This document shows, piece by piece, positions 12,476-24,735 of a stretch of 64,000 nt of DNA. The notes beneath the pieces are model-generated. The model was not told the DNA's origin, searched no databases, and was given only the letters and a program-made list of their open reading frames with translations. The stretch spans positions 4,898,001 to 4,962,000 of the forward strand of contig NC_043017.1 in assembly GCF_006345805.1 (NCBI RefSeq), written 5' to 3'. The first letter of the stretch is position 1, and the number at the start of each line of letters is the position of its first letter. The DNA is from Octopus sinensis (lineage: Eukaryota). Position numbers and translations under genes: made by a program.

Positions 12476-13020
12476 CCAGGCAGTGGCTCTCATGGCTTCT
12501 GATCTTAACTGATTGGAAGTGTTATCATGTACATTTTGTTTTGTCTTGGTATAAAAGATGGGCCACAGCAAATATTCTGCTCAATACCACAGATTTGATT
12601 GTCAGTTGTTTGACCGTAACCAGTTGAGCATGTCCCTTAGTGGCTGACGATATGTGCATCTCTGATCACGAGCAGAAGTAGTTGGGGAGCTTCATAGCCA
12701 TGTGTTGAGAGGGATTCTTTGGGGATTGGATAATTCACCTCTGGAAACATGGGTGTTTTGTTCAACATCCTTAAAGCAAACCTTATTCAGGGACCTTTTG
12801 AGTGGGATGGGCTACTCAACCTGAACAAAATTCTAACTGGGCCCCATCTGCAAGGTCATGTGCTGTTTATCTTGATATGAGATCACCATGTCGTGCACAT
12901 ATGGTTGTGATGCATGTGCTTGGTGTACCCTTATCAGACGGGTAGTCATGATGGGTATATTGGGCTTCGTAAATTTACCCCAGTGTCACTTTGGTGGCAT
13001 GAACTGCTCTCTCACTCAAT
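12476..13020. mobile_element. ~545-bp interspersed element inserted in an (AAT)n tract
   Basis: Complex non-coding block with (AAT)n on both sides; recalled as a high-copy octopus repeat, not verified. Confidence 0.55.
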
Positions 13021-13055
13021 AATAATAATAATAATAATAATATACTATGGGATAT

Positions 13056-13292
13056 GCCAATACATACATATAGAGAAATTAAGACCATTAGGCTGGATAT
13101 AGTTATTAGAGACCATCAAGAAAAAAATGCTTTCTAATCGAAGTATCAATACAAACAGATGACAACGTGTCTCTAAAAGAAATGGAGAAACTTTCAAAAT
13201 ACAAAGACCTGGAAATAGAGGTAACACAAATGTGGAGTCTAAAGATAGAAACAATTCCTATCATAGTAGGTGCATTAGGTATGATAAAAAAA
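13056..13292 (+). mobile_element. R4/Dong-like non-LTR retrotransposon, restriction-like endonuclease fragment (frameshifted)
   Basis: IRLDIVIRDHQEK/CFLIEVSIQTDDNVSLKEMEKLSKYKDLEIEVTQMWSLKIETIPIIVGALGMIK matches the RLE PD..D/E..K..KY.DL..PI..GALG pattern. Confidence 0.8.
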
Positions 13293-13524
13293 AAATGACT
13301 CTTGGCCAGATGTTTCTAACATCCTCAGTGCCCATTCTTGCTGCACCACTCATCCTCTCTCTCAAACCAGATGTAGTAGCTTACTTTCTCAACAGCTTCC
13401 AACTATTTTCTCTAGTTTAATCATCCCCTATTGCTACATTTTCGTAAAAACTAACAGATACCACTCTAATTCTTCCTTTTTAGTGAAACCCATCTCATGT
13501 TACCATGCAACCATCAATTCTCAC

Positions 13525-14185
13525 TTAACTCTTTTGCATTTTAACTGATCATATCCTGCCCAAATATTCTATTTGTTTTTATGTTCAAATTGTCAAAATC
13601 TAGCCTCTCACACCTACCCTGCAATGTCATTCTAAAAGTTAAGTTACATCACTGAAATCTCAAACCTCAAAGATAATGAATGGTTAATTTTCTGCCCCTA
13701 GTTTCACATGAAAACCCCAGTTTTGAATCATCTAGCAACTTCAAGCCTTTACCATTTAAACCAGCCATATACGGCCAAAATATTCCATTCAATTTATTTT
13801 CATAATAGCCAGATCCAGCCTCTGACAGCTTACCTTACAATGCCATTTGAAAACTAAACAATCAAAATTTCAATGTTATGAGATGTTGCATGATTAATTC
13901 AAAACGCTGTGAATAAATAAGCATTTCTTTTTGATAGGAAGAAATCGCAATGCTAAAGGGGTTAACATTTAAAGTAACCTTATTAGGGCTCAAATATTCT
14001 ATGTGGTTTTATGTTCAAAGCAACCAGATGTGGCCCCTTATACTTTATCTTACAATGTCATTCTAACACTAAACAATCACATCTTCGAAATCTCAAAGCT
14101 ACGAGATAAAGCATGGTTAATTTTAAACATTGGGAATAAATAAGCCAAACATTTGACAGAAAGAAATCTGAATTCTAAACGGTTG
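13525..14185. mobile_element. Three degenerate copies of a ~200-bp MITE with TTAA-CCCT-like termini (piggyBac-like)
   Basis: Copies near 13525, 13742 and 13975 share aaatattc..ttatgttcaaa..acaatg.catt..gaaatctcaaa..gataa.gcatg.ttaatt; termini ttaactcttttgcatt and aatgctaaaggggttaa. Confidence 0.55.
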
Positions 14186-14624
14186 AGGGATAGAATTATT
14201 TCAGTTTACAAAGAATCTCATGATTGAACTTCTGTGTGTGTGTGTGTGTGTGTGTGAGTTCTTTTTCAACGATATTACGTAATGATTGTCATGAAAATGA
14301 TTTCCTAATCTTCCATATAAGGAATGAAAAATATCAAAAAAAAAATTGTTTCTTCTTTGGTTTCTGTATTCTCCTTTTTTATTTTCACTTTGATTCTTTC
14401 TTCAGAGCAATATAGTATGTAATATTCCAAGTCCTCAGGATATCTGGCTTAAATTCCTGTTTCTCCCCCTTTTTTTTTTTTTTTTTCGGATTCACATGAG
14501 TAGGTGGTCTGCATGACTGTGTGACTGTGTTGTTACTGTGAGGCAAACATTCATAGATTTATTTCTTTAGACTGAAAATAAAATATTCAGACTTGATGAT
14601 GTTTAGGCTGATTACATCTGGAGG

Positions 14625-14728
14625 TGTGTATGTATGTATGTATATCATCGTTTAATGTCTGTCTTCCACATACACACATGTATAATATATGTGTATATAT
14701 ATATATATCTGTATATATATATTATCTG

Positions 14729-14764
<36 letters not shown>

Positions 14765-15145
14765 GTGTGTGTGTGTGTGTGTGGTGTGTGTGGTGTGTGG
14801 TGTGTGTTGGTGTGGTGTGTGTGTATATAATATGTGTGTGTGTATATATATGTGTGTGTGTGTATATATATGTGTGTGTGTGTGTGTATATATATATATG
14901 TGTGTGTGTGTGTATATATATTGTGTACATATATGTATATATATGTATGTGTATATATGTGTAATATATATATGTATGTGTATATATGTGTATATATATG
15001 TATATATAGTATGTGTATATATATGTATATATATGATATATATGTATGTGTATATATGTACATATATGTATATATATGTATATATATGTGTATATATATA
15101 TATATCTGTATATATATATATATCTGTATATATATATATATATAT

Positions 15146-15176
<31 letters not shown>

Positions 15177-15477
15177 TGTGTGTGTGGTGTGTGTGTGTAT
15201 ATGTGTGTGTGTGGTGTATTATATGTGTGTGTGTATATATATGTGTGTGTGTGTATATATATGTGTGTGTGTGTGTGTATATATATATATGTGTGTGTGT
15301 GTGTATATATATGTGTGTACATATATGTATATATATGTATGTGTATATATGTGTATATATATATGTATGTGTATATATGTGTATATATATGTATATATAT
15401 GTATGTGTATATATATGTATATATATGTATATATATGTATGTGTATATATATGTACATATATGTATATATATGTATA

Positions 15478-15520
<43 letters not shown>
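14625..15520. repeat. Compound (TA)n/(TG)n microsatellite containing a ~400-bp tandem duplication
   Basis: The same block order occurs at ~14700-15100 and ~15100-15500. Confidence 0.85.
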
Positions 15521-15522
<2 letters not shown>

Positions 15523-15603
15523 TGGTATTTCTCTTTACCATTTTTTTTTTTAAAGAATTTCTAATAAATGTAAAAAGAGAATCTTTCCAAGAATTATTTC
15601 CAG

Positions 15604-15662
15604 ATGACGGAATTACACAGCTTTTGCTACAAACTCTGAATTCTTCAGTCGGTGCAATGTCT
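15604..15662 (+). CDS. Weak candidate exon (D)[19 protein letters not shown] (alternative acceptor at 15556), product unknown
   Basis: Acceptor ttatttccag|, donor tct|gtatgt, one open frame; unique island between microsatellites. Confidence 0.2.
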
Positions 15663-15718
15663 GTATGTGTGTACACACAGACAGACACAGACACAAACAC
15701 AAGCACATGCACGTGCGT

Positions 15719-15762
<44 letters not shown>

Positions 15763-16319
15763 TGCATAGCTGTTCATTCGTCCATCAATGTATTGCTTAC
15801 TAATAAGATGTACACGTGTGTATGTACATCTCTCTTCTCTATATATGTACATGTATATATATATATATATACATACACACACACACATCATCATCATCAT
15901 CAACACCATATCCTTTTTTCCATACTTGCATGGGCTAGACAGAGTTTATTGAAGTAGATTTTTCTACGGCTGGATGCTCTTCCTTTCACCAACCTCTCCC
16001 TGTTTCCATGCAAGGAAATATTTCCTCATGGCCAACTACACTGCTTGTATGATGGTGATGCTTGTTTACAACCATCATGTGATGTCTTCATTTGACAAGG
16101 ATACACACACACTTACATGTACTTATTTTATCAATCACTTTTGCTGAACCACTGAGTTACAAAGACATAAATAATGCCAACACCAGTTGTCAAGCAGTGA
16201 TGGGAGATAAACACACACACATACAAACACACACACACACACATACACACAACACACACCACACACAAAACACACACACAACCACACACCACACCACACA
16301 CCACATACACACACCACAC

Positions 16320-16366
<47 letters not shown>

Positions 16367-16444
16367 CACAACACAACACATACACATACACCACACACCA
16401 CACACACCACACACACACACACACACACCACACCACACACCACA

Positions 16445-17000
16445 CACATAGACTTCTTTCAGTTTACATCTGCCAAATCCTCTCATAAGGTTTTCATAGG
16501 CCCGAGACTGCAGAAGACACTTGCCCAGGGTGCCACACAGTGGGACTGAACCTGGAACCATGTGGTTGGAAACCAAGCTTCTTACCACATAGCTACATTC
16601 GCACTTATCTTCAATCTTTTATTTGTTTCGGTCATAAGACGGTGGCCATGCTGGGGCACACCCTTGCATTCTTAGTACTTATTTTTTTCAAGCCTGGTAC
16701 TTTACTTATTCTGTCAGTCTCTTTTGCTGAACTGCTAAGTTACGGGGACGTAAACACATCAACACTGGCTATCAAGCTGTAATGAGAGGACAATCACAGA
16801 CACAAACACACACACTCACACACACACACACACACACACATATACGACAAGCTTCTTTTCAGTTTCCGTCTGCCTAATTCACTCACAAAGCTTTGGTCAA
16901 CCCGAGGCTATAGTAGAAGACACTTGCCCAAGGTGCCAACACAGTGGGACTGAACCTGGAACCATATGGTTGAGAAGCAAGCTTCTTACCACACAACCAT
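16445..17000 (-). mobile_element. SINE family A head fragment plus a full copy
   Basis: Family A consensus, reverse strand. Confidence 0.8.
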
Positions 17001-18039
17001 TCCTATGGAGATTTGTTTATTGGGTGGACAGGCATTCCATAAATAGTTCTAGTAGTGGTATCACAGAGAGAAGGAGAGGACACAGCTGTGGGAACATGAT
17101 TTGTTGGTATTCAATGCGTCTGCCTTTTATTTTGTGGACAACCATTCCATATATGGTCCTGCTAGTGGTATAGTTGATATGTACTCCAGTGGTATTTTCA
17201 GCGATATCTAAATATCAATACCAGCATTCTACCCCCCCCCCACACCCAGACTACTGGCCCAACCATTTGTTGCATTCAGTATGGCCAAACATATATATGT
17301 ACTTATATGCACGCATACATAGAATGTATACATACATGCACATACAAGCAGGCATTCATAGGAACATGCTCATATATATATATATGTTTGTGTGTGTGTG
17401 TGTGAGTATATATATATATATATATAATATATATATATATAAGTAAAAAATTACCTCTGGATATCCTTGTTGCTCATTTTGAGATATATATATGTGTATA
17501 CACACACACACACACATACATACATATGCCCACATAAGACACATGTAGCAACATAAATACACGCTACATGCCTATGCACACACACACACACACACACACA
17601 CCTGCATGCACCAATGTACATTTACACATGTTTACACCCAGCTAAAGGTGATGTATATATCTGCTATATTTCACCTGACGAAAGTTTATTTTAGCGAAAC
17701 ACAAAGTCTGTTTCTTCTCTCCGAGGAAGACTAAAGAAGTAGAGGCATTCATTCAGGTCATGTGTTTTATATCTCTTACTGAAATATGTGTGTTGGTGTG
17801 GTAGTGGCAGTGGTGGTTGCTATGGAAGGAAAGGAGTATGTTGTGATAGGGTTGGAAGTGTGTGGTGTGTGTGTGTGTGTGGTGGTCACTAAGAGAATAG
17901 AAAAGTTTTGTATGTGCTGGCCATAAAGAATTGAAAAGATTTGAGTGTGGTGGTGGTGGTCGTGGTAGGAATCGAAGAATAGGTGCATGTGTTGTGTGTG
18001 TGTGGTGGTAGAAGAGATAGGGGGATAGATAGATATATG

Positions 18040-18191
18040 TAGTGGTTACTATGGAAGGAATGAACAAGCAGGTGTTTCTTTGTGCATGTGCATGCATGGT
18101 GTAGTTGTGGTGGTCATGGAGGGAATGTCATGTGCAGTGAGGAATGTCATGTGCATCAAAAGACTGGTAGAAGTAGGTGTGTGTATGCATG

Positions 18192-18226
<35 letters not shown>

Positions 18227-18423
18227 ATGCATGTTCAGAGTGTATATGTAGTGGCAATGGTCATGGAGGGAATGGAAGAGAATGTGTGTGTGTGTGCATA
18301 TGCAGTGATGGTGGTCATGGAAGGAATGGCAGGATGAGGTGTGTGTGTGTGTGCACGTGTGCATGCATGTATGTTCAGATGTGTATGTGTAGGGGCAATG
18401 GTCATGAAGGGAACGGAGGAGAA

Positions 18424-18454
<31 letters not shown>

Positions 18455-18650
18455 GTATATATGCAGTGATGGTGGTCATGGAAGGAATGGCAGGATGAGG
18501 TGTGTGTGTGCATGCGTGTGGCAGTCATGAAGGGAATGGATGAGTGTGTATGTGTATGCATGTGTTTTATGTGTGTGTGTGTGTCTGTGTGTGTTTATGT
18601 ATGTGCAAATATGTGCTTGCATGTAGTGGTAGTGGCCATGGAAGGAATGG
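18040..18650. repeat. Degenerate tandem repeat gt(g/a)gtcatgga(a/g)ggaatgg + (GT)n, ~7 units
   Basis: Recurring core separated by variable (GT)n. Confidence 0.75.
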
Positions 18651-19046
18651 TTTTAATGGTGAAATAAGAACTAATCTGATAGAAACTGTATTATTTATTA
18701 ACAAGGTGTGACTTTTGTAGTGTTGGGGGTGAGTTGTTTAGAGAGAGAGTGGACATTAATATTGTAGTCGGAATGAGTAGGTCTGTCTGTGCTTGTGTTA
18801 TTCGATAGCAATAGTGGTGGCCATCGGAGAGGATGATGATGATGATGATGATTGAGGTGGTGGTGGTGAAGATGATAGTGCTGCTGATGATGATGATGGG
18901 AATGAAAATGATGTTGATTATGACAATGTTGATTGTGATGATGGTGATGAGAATAAAAATAATAATGATGATGATGGTGATTACATACACACACACACAC
19001 ACACGCACACATATATTATACACACAAGCACATTATGATGATGGTG

Positions 19047-19096
<50 letters not shown>

Positions 19097-19734
19097 TACA
19101 CACACACATATACATTATACACACAAGCACATTATGATGGTGATTATATATACATATATATACACACACACATACAAAGATATACAGTGATACTTATGAT
19201 GATGGTGAAAATAATTGTAATGATGATGGGTTGGTGATGGGTTAATGATGATGGTGAGAATGATGATCACGATGATGATAATGATGATGGTGATTATGAC
19301 GAGATCTATGATGGTGGGAATGACGACAACAACAACAACAATAACGATGGCAGTGATTAAAAAATAAAACAGAATAGCAAATAAGTGAGTGTTAAAGCGT
19401 ATCTGAAAGTAAAGTTATCCAAATTAAATAACTGCAAGTTATGGCTGATCAATATCCAAAGTGTTGGCCATTTTCCCTGGTTTCAATCTCTTACACCTGT
19501 ATTAACCCCATGCAATTGACTGTATGCAAATAGATCAGGTGAGAAGAACAGGTGTGTTTGATTGTGCTAACACTGGGATAGTGTGACTGTCATTGTGAAA
19601 GTGACTCAAACGAGGAGCTTAATTTGCATAATGGTGAACGGCAGAATGATGTCTGTGTTGTCAGATGGAATTTCAGAAGCAGATGAAGCAGCATTGTTTT
19701 TGTAGAATCTGATTCAAAATGTTGCATGGTGAAG

Positions 19735-19893
19735 TTGCTAAGTTAGTGCTTCTCAACCGCATGGTTCCGGGTTCAGTCTCACTGTGTGGTACCATGGGTT
19801 AGTGTTTTCTTCTATAGCCTTGGGTTGACCAAAGCCTTGTGAATGGATTTAGTAGATGGAAACTGTAAGAAGTCTGTCATATATGTATATATA

Positions 19894-19927
<34 letters not shown>

Positions 19928-20125
19928 TTGTCTCCCGAACCATCACTTGACAACCGATGTTAGTGTGTTTACATCCCTGTAACTTAGTGGCTCAGCAAAA
20001 AAGAGACTGATAACATATGTACTAGGCTTACAAAGAATAATTCCTGGGGTCAATTTCTTTGATTGAAACCCTTTAAGTTGGTGCTCCAGCATGGCCACGG
20101 TCAAATGACTGAAACAAGTAAAAGA
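19735..20125 (+). mobile_element. SINE family A, full length
   Basis: Family A consensus. Confidence 0.85.
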
Positions 20126-20139
20126 GTTACATAACACAG

Positions 20140-20585
20140 CGTATTCATGCAACTGGCTCTGTAGAAGTAACAGGTATGTAATGTTAAAGTACTGTGTTCA
20201 TACAAGTGGCTCTGTAAGAGCAGTTACACCGTGTTCATACAAGTGGCTCTGCAGAAGTAACAGTTGCACTATTCATACAACTGGCTCTGTAAAAGCAGTT
20301 ACGTGATGTTCATACAACTGGCTCTGTAGGAGTAACAGTTACAGGATGTTCATACAAGTGAATCTGTATAGGTAGTAGTTACATTATGTTCATACAACAG
20401 ACTCTGCAGAAGTAACAGTTACACAATGTTCATATAAGTGGCTCTGTAGAGGTAGTAGTTACATGATGTTCATACAAGTGGCTCTGCATAAGTAGTAAGC
20501 AAGGTATGTAAATGTTAAAGAACACCCTGTAGTCATACAACTGGTACTGTAGAAGTAGCAGTTACACATAAAACTAACTCTGTAG
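20140..20585. repeat. 37-40 bp minisatellite gttcatacaa(g/c)tggctctgtagaagtaacagttaca..., ~10 units
   Basis: Directly visible; unit lengths 37, 38 and 40 are not multiples of 3. Confidence 0.9.
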
Positions 20586-20609
20586 AAAAGTAGTAATATA
20601 TAAAATCGC

Positions 20610-22150
20610 TGATGGGGCCAATGACAGTACCACATGATTCAACTCGTACCAGTGGAACCTTAAAAGCACATCTGAGCATGATTGTTGCCTGGGTCACAGA
20701 TTGACTCCTGTGCTGGTGACACGTGAAAAGCACCATTTGAGCGTGATTGTTGCCAGCGTCTTCTTAGCACATGCACCAGTGGCACGTGAAAAACAACATT
20801 TGAGCATGGCTGTTGTGAGTGCCGCTGGACTGGCTCCCGTGCCAGTAACACATAAAAAGCACCATTTGAGCGTGGTCGTTGCCAGAACAGCCTGACTGGC
20901 CCTCGTGCCGGCGTAACATAAAAGCACCCACTACACTCTCGGAGTGGTTGGCATTAGGAAGGGCATCCAACTGTAGAAACTTTGCCTGATCAGATTGAGC
21001 CTGGTGCAGCCTCTGGCTCATCAGTCCTCAGTCAAACCGTCCAACCCATGCCAGCATGGAAAGCAGACATTAAACGATGATGATGAAGTACACACTGTTA
21101 ATACAATTGGCTTTATAGAAATATCAGGCTGATGGTTCCAATTAATCCTGAATTAGAACACAAAATTATTAATCTGATGATTATAATTATTACTCATCAA
21201 TTATCCAGTATCTCTTAATTAATCAGCCCAACTTGCCCCATAGTTCTCCGGTTGAAACCTGATCTAAAGTGGCACGTAAAAAACACCATCCGAGCGTGGC
21301 CGTTCACCAGCCTTGTCTGGCACCTGTGTCGGTGGCACATAAAATCACCCACTACACTCTCGGAGTGGTTGGCGTTAGGAAGGGCATCCAGCTGTAGAAA
21401 CACTGCCAGATCTGACTGGCCTGGTGCAGCCTTCAGGCTTCCCAGACCCCAGTCGAACCGTCCAACCCATGCTAGCATGGAAAGCGGACGTTAAACGATG
21501 ATGATGATGATGAATGATGATTTCATTATTTTAGAAATCATTAAGGCTGTGAGCTGGTAGAATCGTTAGTGGCCCTGCTGGAGTACTGCCTCAAAGATTT
21601 TTAGTCAAACAAATTGGCCCCAGGACTAGTGAAGGTTTCATGAGGTTGTTGGTTGACATTTATCATCATCATCGTTTAACGTCTGCTTTCCATGCTAGCA
21701 TGGGTTGGATGATTTTGACTAAGGGCTGGCGAACCAGATGGCTGCACCAGGTCCCAGTCTTATCTAGCAGAGTTTCTACAGCTGGATACCCTTCCTAATG
21801 CCAACCACTCCGAGAGTGTAGTGGGTGCTTTTTATGTGCAACCGGCATGGGGGCCAGTCAGGCAGTACTGGCAACGACCTCACTCGAATCTTTTTACACA
21901 TGCCACCTGGTAACACCTGGTAACACTCACGCTCGAATAGTGCCTTTTATGTGCCACCGGCATGGAAGCCAGTTAGCCGCTCTGGCAACGATCACACTCG
22001 GATGGTGCTCTTGGCACCCTACTAGCACGGGCACAAGTGCCAGTAAGCCAACGTTGGTAATGATCACATTCGAATGGTGCCATTTAAGTGCCACTGGTTA
22101 GCCGCTCTGGCAGCGATCACGCTTGGATGGTGCTCTTTACACCCTGCCAG
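20610..22150. mobile_element. Three RTE 3' UTR fragments: plus 20610-21086, plus 21260-21515, minus 21660-22150
   Basis: Family C consensus with (GAT)n tails. Confidence 0.8.
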
Positions 22151-22729
22151 CATGATGGAAAAGAAATGTTAAGTCTATTCTTTGACAAATTGGTTCCCAC
22201 ACAGCATAAACAATAGAAGGAATTACAAGAAATCTACTTGTTCCTTCGTGATGTTTAGCTTCATACAACCAGAGAAACTAATGTGGTTAAAGCTAATTTT
22301 CTGCTTGTTGCTTTAACCAATTCCTTGTACTCTCTCCATTCCAAACCAGATGGATCTTCAAACTACATAAATATTCTAACCACCAGAGGAATATTGCTAA
22401 TAATTTATGAGCCAAAAATGCTTTTTTTTTATATTTATGATAATTAATATTTTTGCTGATAAGAAGAAAATATTTACTGGGTTTTGCCAGTTATAAAGCT
22501 GTCTTTGGAACTGGCTTCAAAGAGATATCTGTACATATATATATATGTGATGGATTCTCCTGTCAAAGACGATATATGAGCGTTTAGCATTTGTCAAATG
22601 ACCTGCACCTATGATTTGTTCATAGGGGTCAAATGTTTGTACCACTCATTAACTTACTCTCTCCATCAAATCGACAATACCTGAACAGGTGCATGGTGTA
22701 CCACACGTTGGGTGGTATATATTCATAGT

Positions 22730-22970
22730 CTTTTGCTTGTTTCAGTCATTAGACTGTGGCCATGCTGGGGCACCACCTTGATCTTAGTCAAACGAAGTGA
22801 CCCCCCACCACCCCCGCCTGCCATACTTATTTTTTTTTTAACCTGATACTTATTCTGTTGGTCTCTTTTGCTAAACTGTTAAGTTACCAGGACACAAACA
22901 CACCAACACCAGTTGTCAAGCAGTGGTGGTGATGGAGGACAAACACAAACACAATGACACACACAAATAA
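22730..22970 (-). mobile_element. SINE family A 3' half
   Basis: Tail and body motifs; ends in the microsatellite that holds the next element. Confidence 0.7.
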
Positions 22971-23000
22971 ATATCATATATAGATCGCCATATATATATA

Positions 23001-23213
23001 GATCGCCATGTTGATTCGCTAGCTTCTGCACGCAATTTTTTTTCTCTCCTTGTTTCTCTCTGTGTTTCTTTTCTGTGTATCTTTCTGTTGAAGAGCGTAG
23101 GCTCGAAACGTAAAAGACTTGTTTTATTTATATTCCTGAGCGCCATACTAATACAATTGTTTGTTTGTATTCCACCTGCCTTCGTCTTTTGTTTATTTTC
23201 ATAAAGCTCCCCG
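23001..23213 (+). mobile_element. ~213-bp hammerhead-like element, subfamily 2
   Basis: Homologous to 36868-37010; flanked by (TA)n; left duplication atatatagatcgccat. Confidence 0.65.
23080..23117 (+). ncRNA. Hammerhead-like motif with variant core CUGUUGA
   Basis: Stem I tcttt/aaaga, stem II GAGC-gtag-GCUC, GAAA-CGUA; A6 replaced by U. Confidence 0.5.
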
Positions 23214-23306
23214 TATATATATATAATATATTTATATATATATATATATATATACACACATCATACATACATACATACACACACATTCCGTCTACTGTAG
23301 CAATCT

Positions 23307-23582
23307 CAGTAAATCTTTATCCAAATTACTTAAGAATAGGTAAGTCTTTATTCAAATTACTTATGGATAGGTAAGTCTTTATTCAAATTACTTATGAATA
23401 GGTAAGTCTTTATTCAAATTACTTACGGATAGGTAAATCTTTATTCAAATTACTTATGGATAGGTAAGTCTTTATTCAAATTACTTATGGATAGGTAAGT
23501 CTTTATTCAAATTACTTATGGATAGGTAAGTCTTTATTCAAATTACTTATGGATAGGTAAATCTTTATCCAGATTACTTCAG
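23307..23582 (+). repeat. 31-bp minisatellite gtaagtctttattcaaattacttatggatag, 8 units plus 1 degenerate
   Basis: GT at 23340, 23371, 23402, 23433, 23464, 23495, 23526, 23557; degenerate unit at 23309. Confidence 0.95.
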
Positions 23583-23619
23583 AAATATTCTGTCAATCAA
23601 CTGCATATCAATTTTATTC

Positions 23620-23833
23620 TTTTGTTTTTTCAGTCATTTGACTGTGGCCATGTTGAAGCATTGCCTTAAAGGGTTCTAGTTGAAGAAATCGACCCCAGGA
23701 CTTATTCTTTGTAAGTCTAGTACTTATTCTATCGGCCTCTTTTGCTGAATTGCTAAGTTACAGAGACGTAAACGCACCACCATCAGTTATCATACTGACA
23801 CAGGGACACACATAAACATATACATATATACAT

Positions 23834-23866
<33 letters not shown>

Positions 23867-23990
23867 CGATGGGCTTCTTTCAGTTTCCCACAAGGCTTTG
23901 GTTGGCCTGAGGCTACAGTAGAAGACCCTTACCCACGGTGCCACACAGTGGGATTGAACCTAAAACCATGTGGTTGGGAAGCAAACAGGA
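23620..23990 (-). mobile_element. SINE family A, full length
   Basis: Family A consensus. Confidence 0.8.
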
Positions 23991-24300
23991 ATACCATAAA
24001 AAAAGCCCCTTTAGTAATCTCACTACAAACCCCCCCGTCCAATTACCTCTAATTATGTTACCTTGGTAACATATTGTTTAGCATTTTTTTTTATCATTTC
24101 AGATTTTATTATTTTAAACAAATACACCAGGTATTTAACATCGACACCACCATCCCATACATGCAGAGACAGGTGTGTGTGTGTGTGTACATATATATAC
24201 TATGTATCTTAATGAGCATGTGTGTATGTACCTGTATAGGTGTGTTTGTGTTTGTATATGTATACACACAGACATGTATATATATGTGTGTATATGTGTA

Positions 24301-24339
<39 letters not shown>

Positions 24340-24471
24340 TCACACACACACATGTATATGTTTTTGTATGTGTATCTATAAATATACATATATATATTTG
24401 AAAGTATATATATGTTTGTATAGTCCTGTATATACAGTCATATATGTGTAAGTGTATGTAATCACATACAC

Positions 24472-24502
<31 letters not shown>

Positions 24503-24547
24503 ATATATATAAAGTGTTTGAATATGTATATGTGTGTGTTTGTGCTG

Positions 24548-24580
<33 letters not shown>

Positions 24581-24662
24581 GAGTGTTTAAATATGTATAA
24601 ATATACGTGTGTATATATATGTAGATGTGTGTTTAAATGTGTGTGTGTATAGATGTATTTAA

Positions 24663-24735
<73 letters not shown>

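Noticed and set aside
14624-15803. Long ORFs up to 389 aa (also 25739-26387, 50376-51216, 52630-53720, 59853-60398, 63437-64000)
   Set aside because: They are translations of di-, tri- and tetranucleotide microsatellites (YI, HT, VC, poly-V/G) that simply lack stops.
17670-17705. ctgacga...gcgaaacac, a possible further hammerhead
   Set aside because: Stem II is weak, stem III is not palindromic, there is no NUH triplet and no stem I; at best a decayed relic.
20140-20585. CRISPR-like appearance of the 26-50 bp arrays (also 23307, 28010, 37013)
   Set aside because: Units are contiguous with no unique spacers, there are no cas genes and the context is eukaryotic.
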